A stretch of 64,000 bases of DNA from Anolis carolinensis (Eukaryota): positions 83,986,782-84,050,781 of the forward strand of contig NC_085842.1 in NCBI RefSeq assembly GCF_035594765.1, read 5' to 3'. A program made the position numbers and the translations under genes. The notes under the pieces are model-generated. The model searched no databases, was not told the DNA's origin, and was given only the letters and a program-made list of their open reading frames with translations. Below are positions 49,904 through 61,864 of this stretch, piece by piece (the stretch's first letter is position 1; each line of letters opens with the position of its first letter).

Positions 49904-50746
49904 ATGCCCCTTCTTGAGTTCATTGGTTTTTCAGTAACCACAATTGTCTTAATCATCATTGGACTCATCTCCAATGGCTTTATTGTTACAACAATTACCA
50001 TTGAATGGACCAAATTTGGAGCCTTGCTTCTATTGAACAGCTCTTTCTGTGTTTGGGGCTGGAGTGTAACTGTTTCTATTTTTCATTCATGATTTCACAA
50101 TATTCAGCTTCAAGCAAAACATGGCACTAAAATGCTCTTCCCAGTTTCTATATTTGCTGTCTTCTCCAGATTTTGGCTCAGTGCTTGGCTTTGTGTTTTC
50201 TGTTGCATCAAGATAGTAAACAGCATCCATTTCCTCTTCCTTTGGTGCAAACTGAGGATATCATGGCTAGTACCACATCTTATTGCAGGATCTCTGCTCA
50301 TATCCATTTTTGGTTCCCTGGAGGCATTGGAAATGGATTCTATACACCTCCAAAACAACATAACAACAATGGTTCCAAAATTGAGCCAAGGAAAATTACT
50401 GAGAGCTAGTGATCTTCATTTCCAATTCTTTTTAGAAAAAAATGGTTCATGTTCTCCCCTTTTTATAGTTTTACTTTGTTCCACTCTGGTTGTTGCCTCA
50501 CCCTTTAGACATGTTTGTTGGATGACAGGTAAGGACATTTTTAGAGGTTTTCAAAGTAAAGCTCATATTGAGGCAACTGGAACAGTGTTCTCCTTGCTGT
50601 TGATTTATCTTTCATGTTTTGTGATACAGACTTTGTCTATGACTACAGATACATACACTGAAAGATTCTTTGTTTCAGCAGCGATGATGGCATATGGTCT
50701 AGTTCAGGCTGCCATTCTGGTTTTGAGGATCATTGGATCCAATTAA
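49904..50746 (+). pseudogene. TAS2R: TAS2R pseudogene (frameshift after WTK, deletions, C-terminal NPKL lost)
   Basis: MPLL...GLISNGFI...EWTK then a frameshift; ORF 50132-50746 has RFWLSAWLCVFCCIKIVN and QSKAHIEA; octamer at 49755. Confidence 0.88.
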
Positions 50747-51009
50747 TCACTGTTTAAGCAAAATAATTGTTAACTATAGCTTACAGTTAGAGGGGTTGCT
50801 TGTGGGGTGTTTATATGTATTGGAAATTGCTTAAGAAAAAAGGGACATTGCTGAGCTAGAAGGATTTAAGAGTTAAGAGATTAAAGGCCTTGAGTTTGAG
50901 ATATGTAATCTGCACTGATGTATCAAAACTAATAGGTGAAATGAGCAGGGATAGCACAACCCCAGGGTTATGGCCTGGAAGATGGCAAGAATAATAATAC
51001 AACTAATAA

Positions 51010-51560
51010 TAATACTTTATTTGTAGCCAACCATATCTCCCCTAGGGGACTCAGGGCAACTTCCAAAATAATAAAGGAAAACATTCAATGCCTGTATAAA
51101 ATAAAGTAAAAATATTAACAACAAACAATACAATACATTACATAAGTTAAAACATGTAACTTAAAACAAATAAAACAAGTAAGATAATTTAAATAATTAT
51201 CAGTTAAATAATCAACACTTAAGCCATTAAAACCAGCTAAGGTGGAATATCAAGTTCATTTCCTTTCCATTCTACTTATCAGTGTTGTAAGCTCTATTCT
51301 TCCTTCTCGCCATATGCTTGCGAGCATAAGAATGGTTTACGTTGCTTTTTAAAATCGAGTAAGGAGGGGCCATTTTGCTCTCCTTGGAGAAGGCATTCCA
51401 AAGACAAGGGGCAGCCACTGAGAAGGCAGCCTCTCCCATTCCCAGCAGCCATGCTTGGGATATAGGTCGGACTGAGAGTAGGGCCTCCTCGGCTGATCGA
51501 AGAACCTAGGCAGGTTTATACAAGAAGATACAGTTTTCTAGATAGCCTGGGCCTGAACCC
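51010..51560 (-). mobile_element. L2 LINE 3' fragment
   Basis: Reverse complement of the L2 tail (GGGGACTCAGGGC) and of the ORF2 end (AGGCATTCCAAAG...CCACTGAGAAGGC). Confidence 0.65.
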
Positions 51561-51703
51561 ACATTAGTATCTTAGCCATTCCTCCCACAGACAGCAGGGG
51601 GAATTGAAATACAGACAGGGAACAGAGGGAACAGTTAAGTATAGCTTTGAAATAAGGGGCATTGACATCCTGAAGAGTTCAAATATTAACAAATTAAAGC
51701 TGT

Positions 51704-52164
51704 ATGGGTGAACAAAACATTATGTCGGTTAATATTTATGGTTTGGGATTACAATTTAAAAAGTGTAGGCTATGGAAGCTTCTAAAGGAAAACCAAATAC
51801 AGATTGCATTTCTGCAGAAGACCCATAAAAAGAAAAACAGATCTAAATTATTAAGTTTTAGCAATTGGATTTCTCAATTCGAATCTAGAGGTACAAATAA
51901 ATCCCAAGGGGTAGCCATTATCATAAAAAATTACCTGGATTTTGAATTAGAAAAAATAATAACAGATGCCAACAAGAGGTTTATAATGGTAAGAGAGAAA
52001 ATAAATTATTGAAAGGACTCACTAATCAGTGTCTATGCCCCCAACTGGAACCAGATAAGATTTATGAATAAAACTGTTAAAATACTAGAGCAGCAGGTAG
52101 TAGGGGACATAATCATTGGAGGAGATCTGAACTGTGAATTATATAATAAAAGATATAAAAGGGG

Positions 52165-52165
<1 letters not shown>
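51704..52165 (+). mobile_element. L1/Tx1-clade LINE ORF2 endonuclease remnant
   Basis: SVNIYGL, IAFLQKTH, GVAIII, RFIMV, SVYAPN and IIGGDLN APE motifs, with a stop at 52012; interrupted by (CAA)n. Confidence 0.8.
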
Positions 52166-52219
<54 letters not shown>

Positions 52220-52731
52220 CTTAATTCTTGTATCCCACCACCATCTCCCTGAAGGGTCTTGGGGTGGCATACACAAGGCACAAGGTGCCTAAAAACAAGA
52301 TATGAAATAAAACACAGTATAAAATACAATTGACTAAAACACATAAGAATGTAACACCAGCATAAAACTCAGAATAAAACAGCTATTTTAGGAGCAACAG
52401 AATGCCTGATATAAAGGAGAATATAATATGAGATGCTTTTAAAGCTGTGATTAGGGGTAGATACAACACAATGGAAAAGGATATTCAAAGAAATTTAAGG
52501 AGAGACGTGAGACATTAAAACAGGAACAACACAGATTATTTCAGACCCTCCAAAACAACCCATACAGAAACATGGAAAGAAACTAAAAAGCAAATATATA
52601 ATTTAGAGAAAATTAAAGTAACAAACATATGTTAGTAAGGAATGACTTCCAGATTAATTCTATAAATAATACCAAGAGACTGGCTAGTTAACTAAAAAAA
52701 AGAAAAGAAAGAGAGTGACAAGATATCGACA

Positions 52732-52966
52732 TTTATTTATTTATTTTATTTACAGCATTTATATTCCGCCCTTCTCACCCCGAAGGGGACTCAGGGCGGA
52801 TCACATTACACATATAGGCAAACATTCAATGCCTTTTAACATAGAACAAAGACAAGACAATCATAGGCTCCGAGAGGGGCTCGAACTCATGACCTCCTGG
52901 TCAGAGTGATTCATTGCAGCTGGTTACAGCTGCCTTGCTCTCCAGCCTGCGCCACAGCCCGAGCCC
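52732..52966 (-). mobile_element. Short tRNA-head SINE with L2-type tail
   Basis: Minus-strand A box TGGCGCAGGCTGG and B box GAGTTCGAGCCC; same tail as the SINE at 5682. Confidence 0.75.
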
Positions 52967-54150
52967 AACATTAAGGGATGAAAATGTGAAATTAAAAACT
53001 AATGACGGAGATTTAAAAGAGATAATAGTAAGCTATTACAAAAACCTTTATACTAATAAAGACATTGGAAGATTAGAGGGAGCAAGTACAAGGAAATTAG
53101 ATTCACAGACACAATCAATCTATATATATAAAAGGATAAAAAAATGTCGGCCTAGGACAAAACAACAAAACTACACATCCCAGAAACACTAACCTTGGCA
53201 ACACAACCCCTCATCCATGCCTCTACGTTCATACAACAAAAAGAAAAGAAAAATAAAGTCCTAATTAGAGGGAGAAGAATAATTGTTTTTATCCAATTTC
53301 TGCCAGTTAGAACTCTGCCCACTTGGTCTCCTAGCAACCTACTCAGCCCAGGGGACAGACACAGTTAGGCCTCAGGCCTCTTCCCCACTGCCTATAAAAT
53401 GCAGATTATCTGATTTTCACTGGATTATATGGCAGTGTAGACTCAAGGCCCTTCCACACAGCTATATTACCCATTTATAATCTTATATTATCTGCTTTGA
53501 ACTGGATTATCTTGAGTCCACACTGCCAGATAATTCACTTCAGTGTGCATTTTATACAGCTGTGTAGAAGGGGCCTCATATAATCCACTTCTAAGAAGAT
53601 AATATAAGATTATAAATATACAGTAGAGTCTCACTTATCCAACATAAACAGGCCGGCAGAACGTTGGATAATAAAAATGAAACATCTGTGCAAATTTCAG
53701 GCTTATGTAAAATAATACAAGAAGATAAATTTATAAAATCCAAATGATTGAGATTTGCATGGGAGTCAAATGTGAGAGCAGAATTTTCAGAGAAAAGGGG
53801 AACACAATTTGGACGCCACCAGCATGGGAGTGGGCAATATGTCTCCAAGAATGTGACACACCTTTGCTTGGAAACCTGAATGCATATCCTCTATATCTGC
53901 TGGAAAGAGGTATTATGGGATTTGCTGCTGTTTATGTTATTGAAAAAAATTACAGTAGTCAAGCCTTCTCAATGTGATCGTAATTCAACTTGCCATAAAT
54001 GATCTCAGGATATTCAAAAAGGCTGCAGGTTACTGAGAAGGCAAAATCAGATCTTGAGATTATCCATGCTCAGTTTCCAAGCATTACTGCAATATAGTCT
54101 GGCAGGATGGAAACAAAGCAACTGAGAAAAGATAACCACCATTAAGATTG

Positions 54151-54301
54151 AGGGCCCTTCCACACAGCCATATAGCCAGAATATCAAGGCAGAAAATCCC
54201 ACAACATCTGCTTTGAACCGGGTTATCTGAGTCCACAATGCCATATATTCCAGTTCAAATCAGATAATGTGGGATTTTATTCAGCTGTGTGGAAGGGGCC
54301 T
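54151..54301. mobile_element. PIF/Harbinger-like MITE (similar copy at ~55878-56030)
   Basis: TIRs GGGCCCTTCCACACAGC / GCTGTGTGGAAGGGGCC. Confidence 0.65.
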
Positions 54302-54956
54302 TGGATCATCAGGGACATTTGATGTAATATTTTACAAAATTTTGTCATGATATAGCTGCAGTAGGTTTGGCTGGAGGTGGAAGTCAGACTCCTCTACTGG
54401 CATTTCTGTAATGGGTCCTGGTCCAGTTTGAGGAACGTGGACCCCTGTGTCCCCATTTCCACAGGACAAGAGAACCACACAGCAGGTTCTGCCTATTCTG
54501 CCAATCCAGGCATATCCAGTAGGTTGTCGGTTTGCCTTGGTTCACCGTGGTTGGCAACACCTTAAGAAATGCCTTGATACAGACCCATACTTGGGCCAAG
54601 ACTCTTCATCCATAATCAATAATGATGTGACATTTCCATTTCAATAAATGTAATGTGTGTTTTATTGAAACTGGAGTTTCATTTTCTGCTGAGACCGCAA
54701 GAACATTCCTGAATTACTGTGTTTTTTGCAGCGGCAGAGGAATGCCAGAATGAGAGGATGCCACATTTGTCAGGGGTCAGCTGTCCTTCTCCTTCTCAAG
54801 AGCCCGTGTAGCTTTTATTTGCTCAGGGGAAAGTAGGCCAATGTGCATGTGATGAGAAGGGACCGATCATAAGCTTCACTTTAGTCTGCTCCCTGTTATA
54901 TAAGCTAGACTCTGGTGCTTTCTTTGCCTGTTCACTTCTTCCCCACTGACTCTCAC

Positions 54957-56730
54957 CAGGGCCGGTTCAACCGCGGGGCAAATGACGCACTTGCCTCGGG
55001 CGCCATCATCTGGGGGCACCGTTGAGACTCCTCTTGAGGCACCTCCAAGTGCCCTAAAAACAACTTTCTGTTTGCGCTTCTTGCCTCCCTTTTGTTTGCA
55101 CCTCTCCCTCCGCGAGGCTCGAGCTGACCGAGAATGCCCCTGACGCCCGCTACGGAACTGAAGAGGCGGCAGTGGCGCGGGGCTTCTTCGCACTTCCCCC
55201 CCCTTCCTGGTTTTGGAGGGGTGCTGGAGAGAGGCAGAGCCAGGCCCCAGCAAGGACCCAGCCGCTTCCTCCCTCCTTCCATTCTTCCTACCTTCACCCG
55301 GGGTGGTGGGGCCTTGCTGGGCCTGGCTCCGCCTCTCATTGGGCAGCTCAGGGGAGGAAAGAAGAGGAAGAAATTGGGTTTTGGAACCCATCTGGCATGG
55401 TTGGAGAAGCGAACCCTGGCTTGGCGGCCTTCTTTCCTAGCCCCTTTCGTGCGGATCTCTTATTATCCCCCTCCTCAATGGAGAAGTGTGTCTGTCCTTC
55501 TGGGAGGGCATTTGACCTCCTCTCCAAAGGGCATCGAACAGCATTCAGGCTGTTTCAGGACGAAGCGGGAGGCAAAGAGTTAAAGAGACACTTGTTAGAA
55601 AGAGAAGAGGGAATGAGGGTGTTTAACAGTGTGTGTGTTTGTGGATAAACCTCACAATCTCCCCTCTTCTTCCTGCAATGGATGTTGTTACATTGTTCCG
55701 GATCTAGAGCCTTGTTGAAATCAAGAGGGAAAAAAAGAGGCAGGGGGGAAAATGTTGACTCCAAAGTTTGATTTGAAGAGGGCTGGAGGATCCCTCCTCT
55801 CCTGCGTTGTGGGTATGCTGTGTTGCATGGATTGAATACAGAACTAGAATGTACTGTATCTGTGTTCAGGGAGGCGAGGGGCCTTTCCGCACAGCCCTAT
55901 ATCCCAGAATATCACGGCAGAAAATTCCAAAAATCTGCTTTGAACTGGGTTATCTGAGTCCACACTACCATATATTCCAGTTCAAAGCAGAAAATGTGGG
56001 ATTTTATTCTGCTGTGTGGAAGGGGCCTTAGAGTGTATTAGGAGTTTATGGCCCCTTTCTATACGGCCATGTAATCCATCAAAGCAGATAATCCACATTA
56101 ACTTCATTGATATGGATTATATGAGTCTACACTGCCATATATAATCCAGTTCAAAGCTGGTAATCTGTCTTTTTTATGGTAGTTTAGACAGGGCCTATAT
56201 CTCTGAAGGCATTTAAGCAGAGTATTGGATTGTTGGGTTGCTGTGACTTTTCCAGACTGTATGGCCATGTTCCAGAAGCATTCTCTTCTGATGTTTCACC
56301 CACATCTGTGGCAGGCATCCTCAGAAATTGTGAGGTTGTCTGTTGGAAACTAGGCAAGTGGGGTTTGTATATCTATGGAATGTCAAGGTTGGGAGAAAGA
56401 ACTCAAAGAACCTTTGTCTGTCTTAGGCAAGTGTGGATGTTGTAGTTGGCCTCCTTGATTAGCTTTGAATGGCCTTGCAGCTTCAAAGCCTGGCTGCTTC
56501 CTGCCTGGGGGGATCCTTTGTTGGGAGGTGTTAGCTGGCCCTAATTGCTTCATGTCTGGAATTCCCCTGTTTTTGAGTGTTCTTTTTTTACTGTCCTGGT
56601 TTTATTTATTTATTTATTTATTTTGATTCCTTGTGTCCCGCCCTTCTCACCCTGAAGGGTTTTTTTTGGGGGGGGGGGGGTGCCAAAATTCTGTTGGCCT
56701 ACACTTGAAAATTACCTTGGGCCGGCTCTG
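54957..56730. mobile_element. Composite non-autonomous hAT carrying MITE and Penelope fragments
   Basis: Termini CAGGGCCGG / CCGGCTCTG; degenerate 8-bp TSD ACTCTCAC/ACTTTCAT. Confidence 0.7.
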
Positions 56731-57433
56731 ACTTTCATTATATGTTAGCAATTAGGCAGGCATTAGAGCCTCTGTCTGTCTTTTTCACAACTTTTTGCCA
56801 ATTTTCGCATGGGCCTAGATCTTGTTTGTGGCACCTGTGCATCCATTCACAGTCTGTTAGGGATTCCCTTATTGCAGCAACAGATGTTAGATGGAAGTCA
56901 AGCTCAGCTTGGGACACCTGTTCTTAAATAGCAGAGGAACCATGTAGTGGTTTTTGCCCATGTAGATTCCCATTACAGTATGTGGTCTGGATGCACTGGG
57001 AAGCAGGGAAGTTGACTGATCTTTGCAATCAAGCTACGTCTCTTAAGGTAAAATGTCAATAGATGATGTTTGCATTTTGTTTGAAGTTTGGCCGCAACAC
57101 CGAGTCCTAGAGAAGCCAGTTGACCACAGCAGAACAGTAGTTGGTTTAAGCAGCAGCAAAAATAAACATGGAAACTGCTCGGCAGTTGTATCTCAGAACA
57201 GTTCAAGTAGCAATCAGCAAGAGAAGTAGTAAACTGCATCAGCAAGGCCTGCAGAAATCTTTCCATTGATCTTCCTTAAGGTTTCCTTCTTTCACCATCA
57301 ATAACTGTGCCTCCTGACATCCTTCACTGGTAGAATAATATGTGAATTGTCTCTAGAAGACCTTCTCCACATAGTGTCAGAACAGAGACTGATACTGATT
57401 TATAGAATGTCTTTCAGGTTTGTATGTTCCGGT

Positions 57434-58262
57434 CAGGCATGTAGCCGGGGGGGGGGGGTTGAGGGGCTTCAGCCCTCCCCCCAAAATTCTCAGGGTGGTC
57501 CACGAGAAGGCCTTACTATTATGTGGCATGGTGGTGTCTTTGTCCGTGCCTGGGCCCTCGGCTCACTCTCTTTCCTTTTCGGTGCCCCTTGTTTCAGCCT
57601 TCAGTGCCGGGAGAGGAAGGGGAGTGCGCCGACAGCCCAGGCGCCAAAGAGGATGCTGCCACACCACAGACCATTCGGAGGCCGCAATAGGCCTTCGTGC
57701 CTGTGCATTCGGCAGGCCTTTGCGCCCATGCATCGAAGTCTCGCCACACTTGTGGCTGGGAGTGGAATGCGTCAAGCCCGTCGGCTGCCTTCTAAGACTC
57801 TCTGGATCCAGGAAAACAACAAGTCCATTTGAAAAAGAGCAATCATTCCCCAATCCCTGCCTCTATGCACAGATTGTTTTCAACCATGAAGAGAGTGAAA
57901 AGTATATCAGGAAGTTTAATGACAGGCCAGAGACTTAGTGGACTAGCAATGATTTCCATCCATTGGGTCATCACTATCAAACCAGAAAAAGTAATTGACA
58001 AAATGGCCGGGGAGAAGAAAAGAAGATTGTTGCTGTAAAGTAAAAAATAAGTCAAAAAGTATTCTAAACATTTTGTTAATGAAAGTAAATAAATAACATT
58101 TATTATTTAAACTGTTATGTTTATTCATATCATGATCTGATCACCATGCTATATGCATGGGGGTATTGGCATAACGATACAAAAGGTTTGCTACGGTAGA
58201 TCCTCTCTCACTCAGACTCGCCCCCCCCCCCCCCCCGAATCAAAATCCTGGCTACGGGCCTG
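57434..58262 (+). mobile_element. Internally deleted hAT transposon with C-terminal dimerisation-domain remnant
   Basis: TIRs CAGGCATGTAGCC / GGCTACGGGCCTG; TSD GTTCCGGT/GTTCCAGT; peptide RLFSTMKRVK...MTGQRLSGLAMISIH. Confidence 0.85.
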
Positions 58263-58462
58263 GTTCCAGTCAATCATTAAGGAAATGAGAGCCCTATTAA
58301 TTTGCCTACATTGATGAATAGCCTGCTTATGTGATTCTGAGTATGTTAAAAAGAACACCACATACCTGCTACCTACACTTTTTAATTCAGCTCAGTCAAT
58401 GTGGGCATGTGAATGAACACCCCTTTACAATAGGGGCTGCAAAAACCAGACCAACAGGAGAC

Positions 58463-59359
58463 ATGCCTTCAATCCAGATCTTTGTCTTTTTGCTAGCTGT
58501 AGCTGACTTGGGTTTTGGTGGACTCATCTCCAATGGCTTTATAGCTACAGTGACTATCAGGGAATGGACCAAACACAGAAGACTTGCTTCCAGTGAACAG
58601 CTCTTTCTGAGTCTGGCTCTGTCCAATATTTGCAGCACCATTTTAACAATTCTATATTTCTGGGGTACGTATGTCACCAATAACTTACTATTATTCAAAA
58701 TATTTCCTGCTACATTTTTTGCCGCTGTGACCAGATTCTGGTTCACTGCCTGGCTCTGTGTCTTCTATTGCATCAAGATAGTGAATAGCACACATGCCCT
58801 CTTCCTTTGGTGCAAGATGAGGATATCATGGCTAATACCCCGGCTTCTTATAGGATCTGTGGCCCTCTCCTTCTTTGTTTCCTGCATTTCAGTAAAGATA
58901 TTTCCTACGGAATTCCAAAGCAACACAACAGGAAATGTTACAAGCTACACTCAAGTAAAGTTTAAAGACTATCTGGGCTTTTTTCGTCTTTTATTTTTAA
59001 TTATTGGTTCCAGCAGTCCCCTTATTGTGGTTTTATTTTGCTCCATCATGGTTATTGCTTCACTCTCTAGGCATGTCTGTCGGATGGCAAGTACCACGTC
59101 CAGTTTTAAGGATCTCCAAACAGAAGCTCATATTAAAGCAGTTTGGATAGTGCTCTTCCTTTTATTCCTTTATGTTTCCTATTTTATGGCACATACCTGG
59201 TCTATAGTTGTAGAAATGGCGACTATGGAAATGACTTTTGCTTCATTTGTGCTGATAACGTATTCCCCTGCTCAAGCTGCTGTACTGATTTTCACTAACC
59301 CAAAACTGAGGGAGGCATTTAATCAGCTGCTTCAAAGAAAAAGGTCTCTTGAAGGTTGA
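58463..59359 (+). CDS. TAS2R: Bitter taste receptor type 2 (intact, 298 aa from the MPSIQ start)
   Basis: GLISNGFI, EQLFLSLALSN, WFTAWLCVFYCIKIVN, SLSRH, QTEAHIKA, YSPAQAAVLIFTNPKL; start chosen by alignment with the paralogues. Confidence 0.92.
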   Translation: MPSIQIFVFLLAVADLGFGGLISNGFIATVTIREWTKHRRLASSEQLFLSLALSNICSTILTILYFWGTYVTNNLLLFKIFPATFFAAVTRFWFTAWLCVFYCIKIVNSTHALFLWCKMRISWLIPRLLIGSVALSFFVSCISVKIFPTEFQSNTTGNVTSYTQVKFKDYLGFFRLLFLIIGSSSPLIVVLFCSIMVIASLSRHVCRMASTTSSFKDLQTEAHIKAVWIVLFLLFLYVSYFMAHTWSIVVEMATMEMTFASFVLITYSPAQAAVLIFTNPKLREAFNQLLQRKRSLEG

Positions 59360-60549
59360 GATAAATGTGCATTTTGAAAAATAATGAGATTGTTTGACAT
59401 GCTTGATTTAAAAAAACCCCAAAATAATTGGCAGAGGAACTGGAACAGATCTGGAACAGATATGGTAAAGGGAGATTACACCTTTCATATTCCAACAGTC
59501 CTGATTGAAACCAGCTGTTTTGCACCCATTATTAATGGGGATGGGATGGAGAAGAGGAAATGCATAAAGAAGCTTCACTGCTTGTGTTTGTGTGTGTGAA
59601 TCCAAGTAGCTTAATGACAGGAGAAATAAAATCTCTTCCCTCATGCCATGTACCTTTCTAGTTAGTTAGAACCTAACCTATGCTGGATATTTAGTTCTCT
59701 TTTAAGGTATGGCAGGGCAAACTCCATGACAAAGAACACACTTGTTTTGGCTCACAATCAGTCATCCATCTCAAAGAGAATATTCTTCATGTGGCACTAA
59801 CTGACACATCCACCACCTACTGCAGAACTGATTACTGGATTTCTGACTCCCACTACTGACCTGAAAATGGCAATGTATAATCCAAAGAAATGTAGTCTCT
59901 AAATTGATGCACAGGAGGCAAAGAATACTGGAAATCAGATTGTGATCAAACTCTATCTGATGGCAATTCATAACCTCAGGTTTTGGATCACAGAGTTGTG
60001 ACATCTAAAATGGCATTGAAACAGATACAGCAACTGACAAGATGCAGATTAACTAGTTGTGTAGACACTGCAATTCTGTTGTGTTTTCAGCTTTGAAAAA
60101 TAACTTATTTAGCCTACTTTGTAAAGGACTTATCTCTGGATCTAGCAGTGCTTTTATGAAGTAGATTTTATCTATCTGGACAATATTTTATGTTTCTTCC
60201 ACATGTTGGTTCACTGCCTGATTCTGCAGTTTGACTCTAGCAGATTAACCAGCTTTGACTGGCAACTACAGCCTATAAATTGACCATAGTAGTTGGTGGC
60301 CTGGACACCTCCCCATTAGATTACTGCAAAGCTTTCTGTATTGGTCTACCTTGAAAATATCTCAGCAGCTGCACCTATTGCAAAATACAGTAGTTAAATT
60401 GCTGGCTAGAACAACTTAAAGAAAACATATAATAATATGGTATATTTTTATCTTGCATTTTAAAAATTATGTTGGAAATATTTTAACTTTTAACCATGTG
60501 AACTGGTATTTATTTGTGGTTTTTAAAAGATTTTGTAAAATAAGTTTCT

Positions 60550-60780
60550 GAGCTAGTGTAGTTTGTGGTTTGAACATTAGACTACAGCTCTGAAAAACAG
60601 GGTTCAAATCCCCACATGGCTATGAAAACTCATTGGGTGACCTTGGCCAAGTCACACTCTCTGAGAGGAAGGCAAGTACAACCCTCCTCTGAACAAATCT
60701 TGCCAAGAAAATCCTGGGATAGTTATGCCTTAAGATAACACTATGTTGAGAAACAACTTGAAGACAAACAATAACTAAGA
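60550..60780 (+). mobile_element. Old tRNA-derived (CORE/MIR-like) SINE; similar copy at ~16570-16700
   Basis: B box GGTTCAAATCC and a GGGTGACCTTGGCCAAGTCAC core. Confidence 0.65.
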
Positions 60781-61864
60781 AACAAAATAAGTTTCTAGCT
60801 AAACTTTAATTATTGTAAGCTGCCTTGGGTCCTATGTCACGAGAAAAGCGATACATAAATTGGAGAAATATACACATACTATAACATCAGAATTAAAGAT
60901 ATTTCACCTGCTGCTAACCCATAACTGGTCCAGTAGCCTCGATAGGTTTGATTTCACCCCATGGATTTTTCTTATACCAGATTATACATCACCGTGTTCC
61001 TTCTGAAATCTAGCCTACAGCATTCATCATCAATCTTCTATCAAGTACTTACCAGGGTTGGCGTTGCTTTGCTTCCAAAACCAGATAGGATGTGATGCCT
61101 TAGGATATTTACTCAATCCATATTGCCTGATTCCCTCCATGTTTGGCAGCTTTGGACACAGGGAATAATAAAAAATGTGGTGCAGTGAGAAGATTTCCCC
61201 ATTCCTAAATGCTGTGTGTTACATATTGTATTGTTCCATTGTTTGCACCTCCCCTGTCCTCATACATACAAATGGATTGAAACGTCCCGAATACTAGGTT
61301 TGTTCCAATGTTTTCCAATCAAGACATGCAGAGATTGGGAAGGAATCTGAGGTTGACTGCTTCGGTGATCAAAGAAGGATGCTAGCAGAAATTCCCAGAT
61401 CTGACATGCTCGCTGTTTACAGACATTGACATTTCATAGACATTTGACAATAATTGATATTGCTCTGATTGGTACAAATCACAATTCACTGTCCTTTTGG
61501 TTCAAAATATGTTTATTATTCTCATATTCTCATGTTTTAAAGCTCATGATAGATGGAATGTGTATGGTGAAAAACTTAATAAATTCTTTACTACAGTACA
61601 GGAAAACCTGAGTCTGTCTGCTGCGTCTGAGTCTGCACCCCTTAGCCTGGAGAGGACTTCCTGGGTGAGGAACTGGGTGTAGTTGGGGACAAAGGTCAGT
61701 GATTGATATTGGGAGGAGTGGTCTCTGAGCTAAAAGACCAAGTGTTAAGCATTCCAGCCCAGCTGCAGCTGAGGAGAGAAGGAATTCAAGGTGGCAGATC
61801 CAGTTGTTTGGCAGGGAGGAGGGATGGCAATTGGGAGCAGCTGCAGGACCAGCATAAATAGTTG

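Noticed and set aside
52033-52344. Poly-Q / poly-C ORFs (also poly-Y/I at ~43117-43170 and poly-HT at ~6020)
   Set aside because: Translations of (CAA)n, (TTA)n and (AC)n microsatellites.
54876-55648. Overlapping 128-171 aa ORFs / CpG-rich patch suggesting a gene or CpG-island promoter
   Set aside because: Inside a TSD-bounded hAT element; GC-rich stop-poor sequence.
58331-58462. 44-aa N-terminal extension of the last TAS2R (GTG at 58331, in-frame ATG at 58343)
   Set aside because: No paralogue has it, it overlaps the inferred promoter, and the ATG at 58463 has the shared CAGGAGAy context.
15649-58746. Recurrent antisense and alternate-frame ORFs over TAS2R genes (e.g. 15658-15942, 32356-32670, 44557-44925, 58396-58746)
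   Set aside because: Shadow ORFs of hydrophobic codons, similar only because the genes are paralogous.
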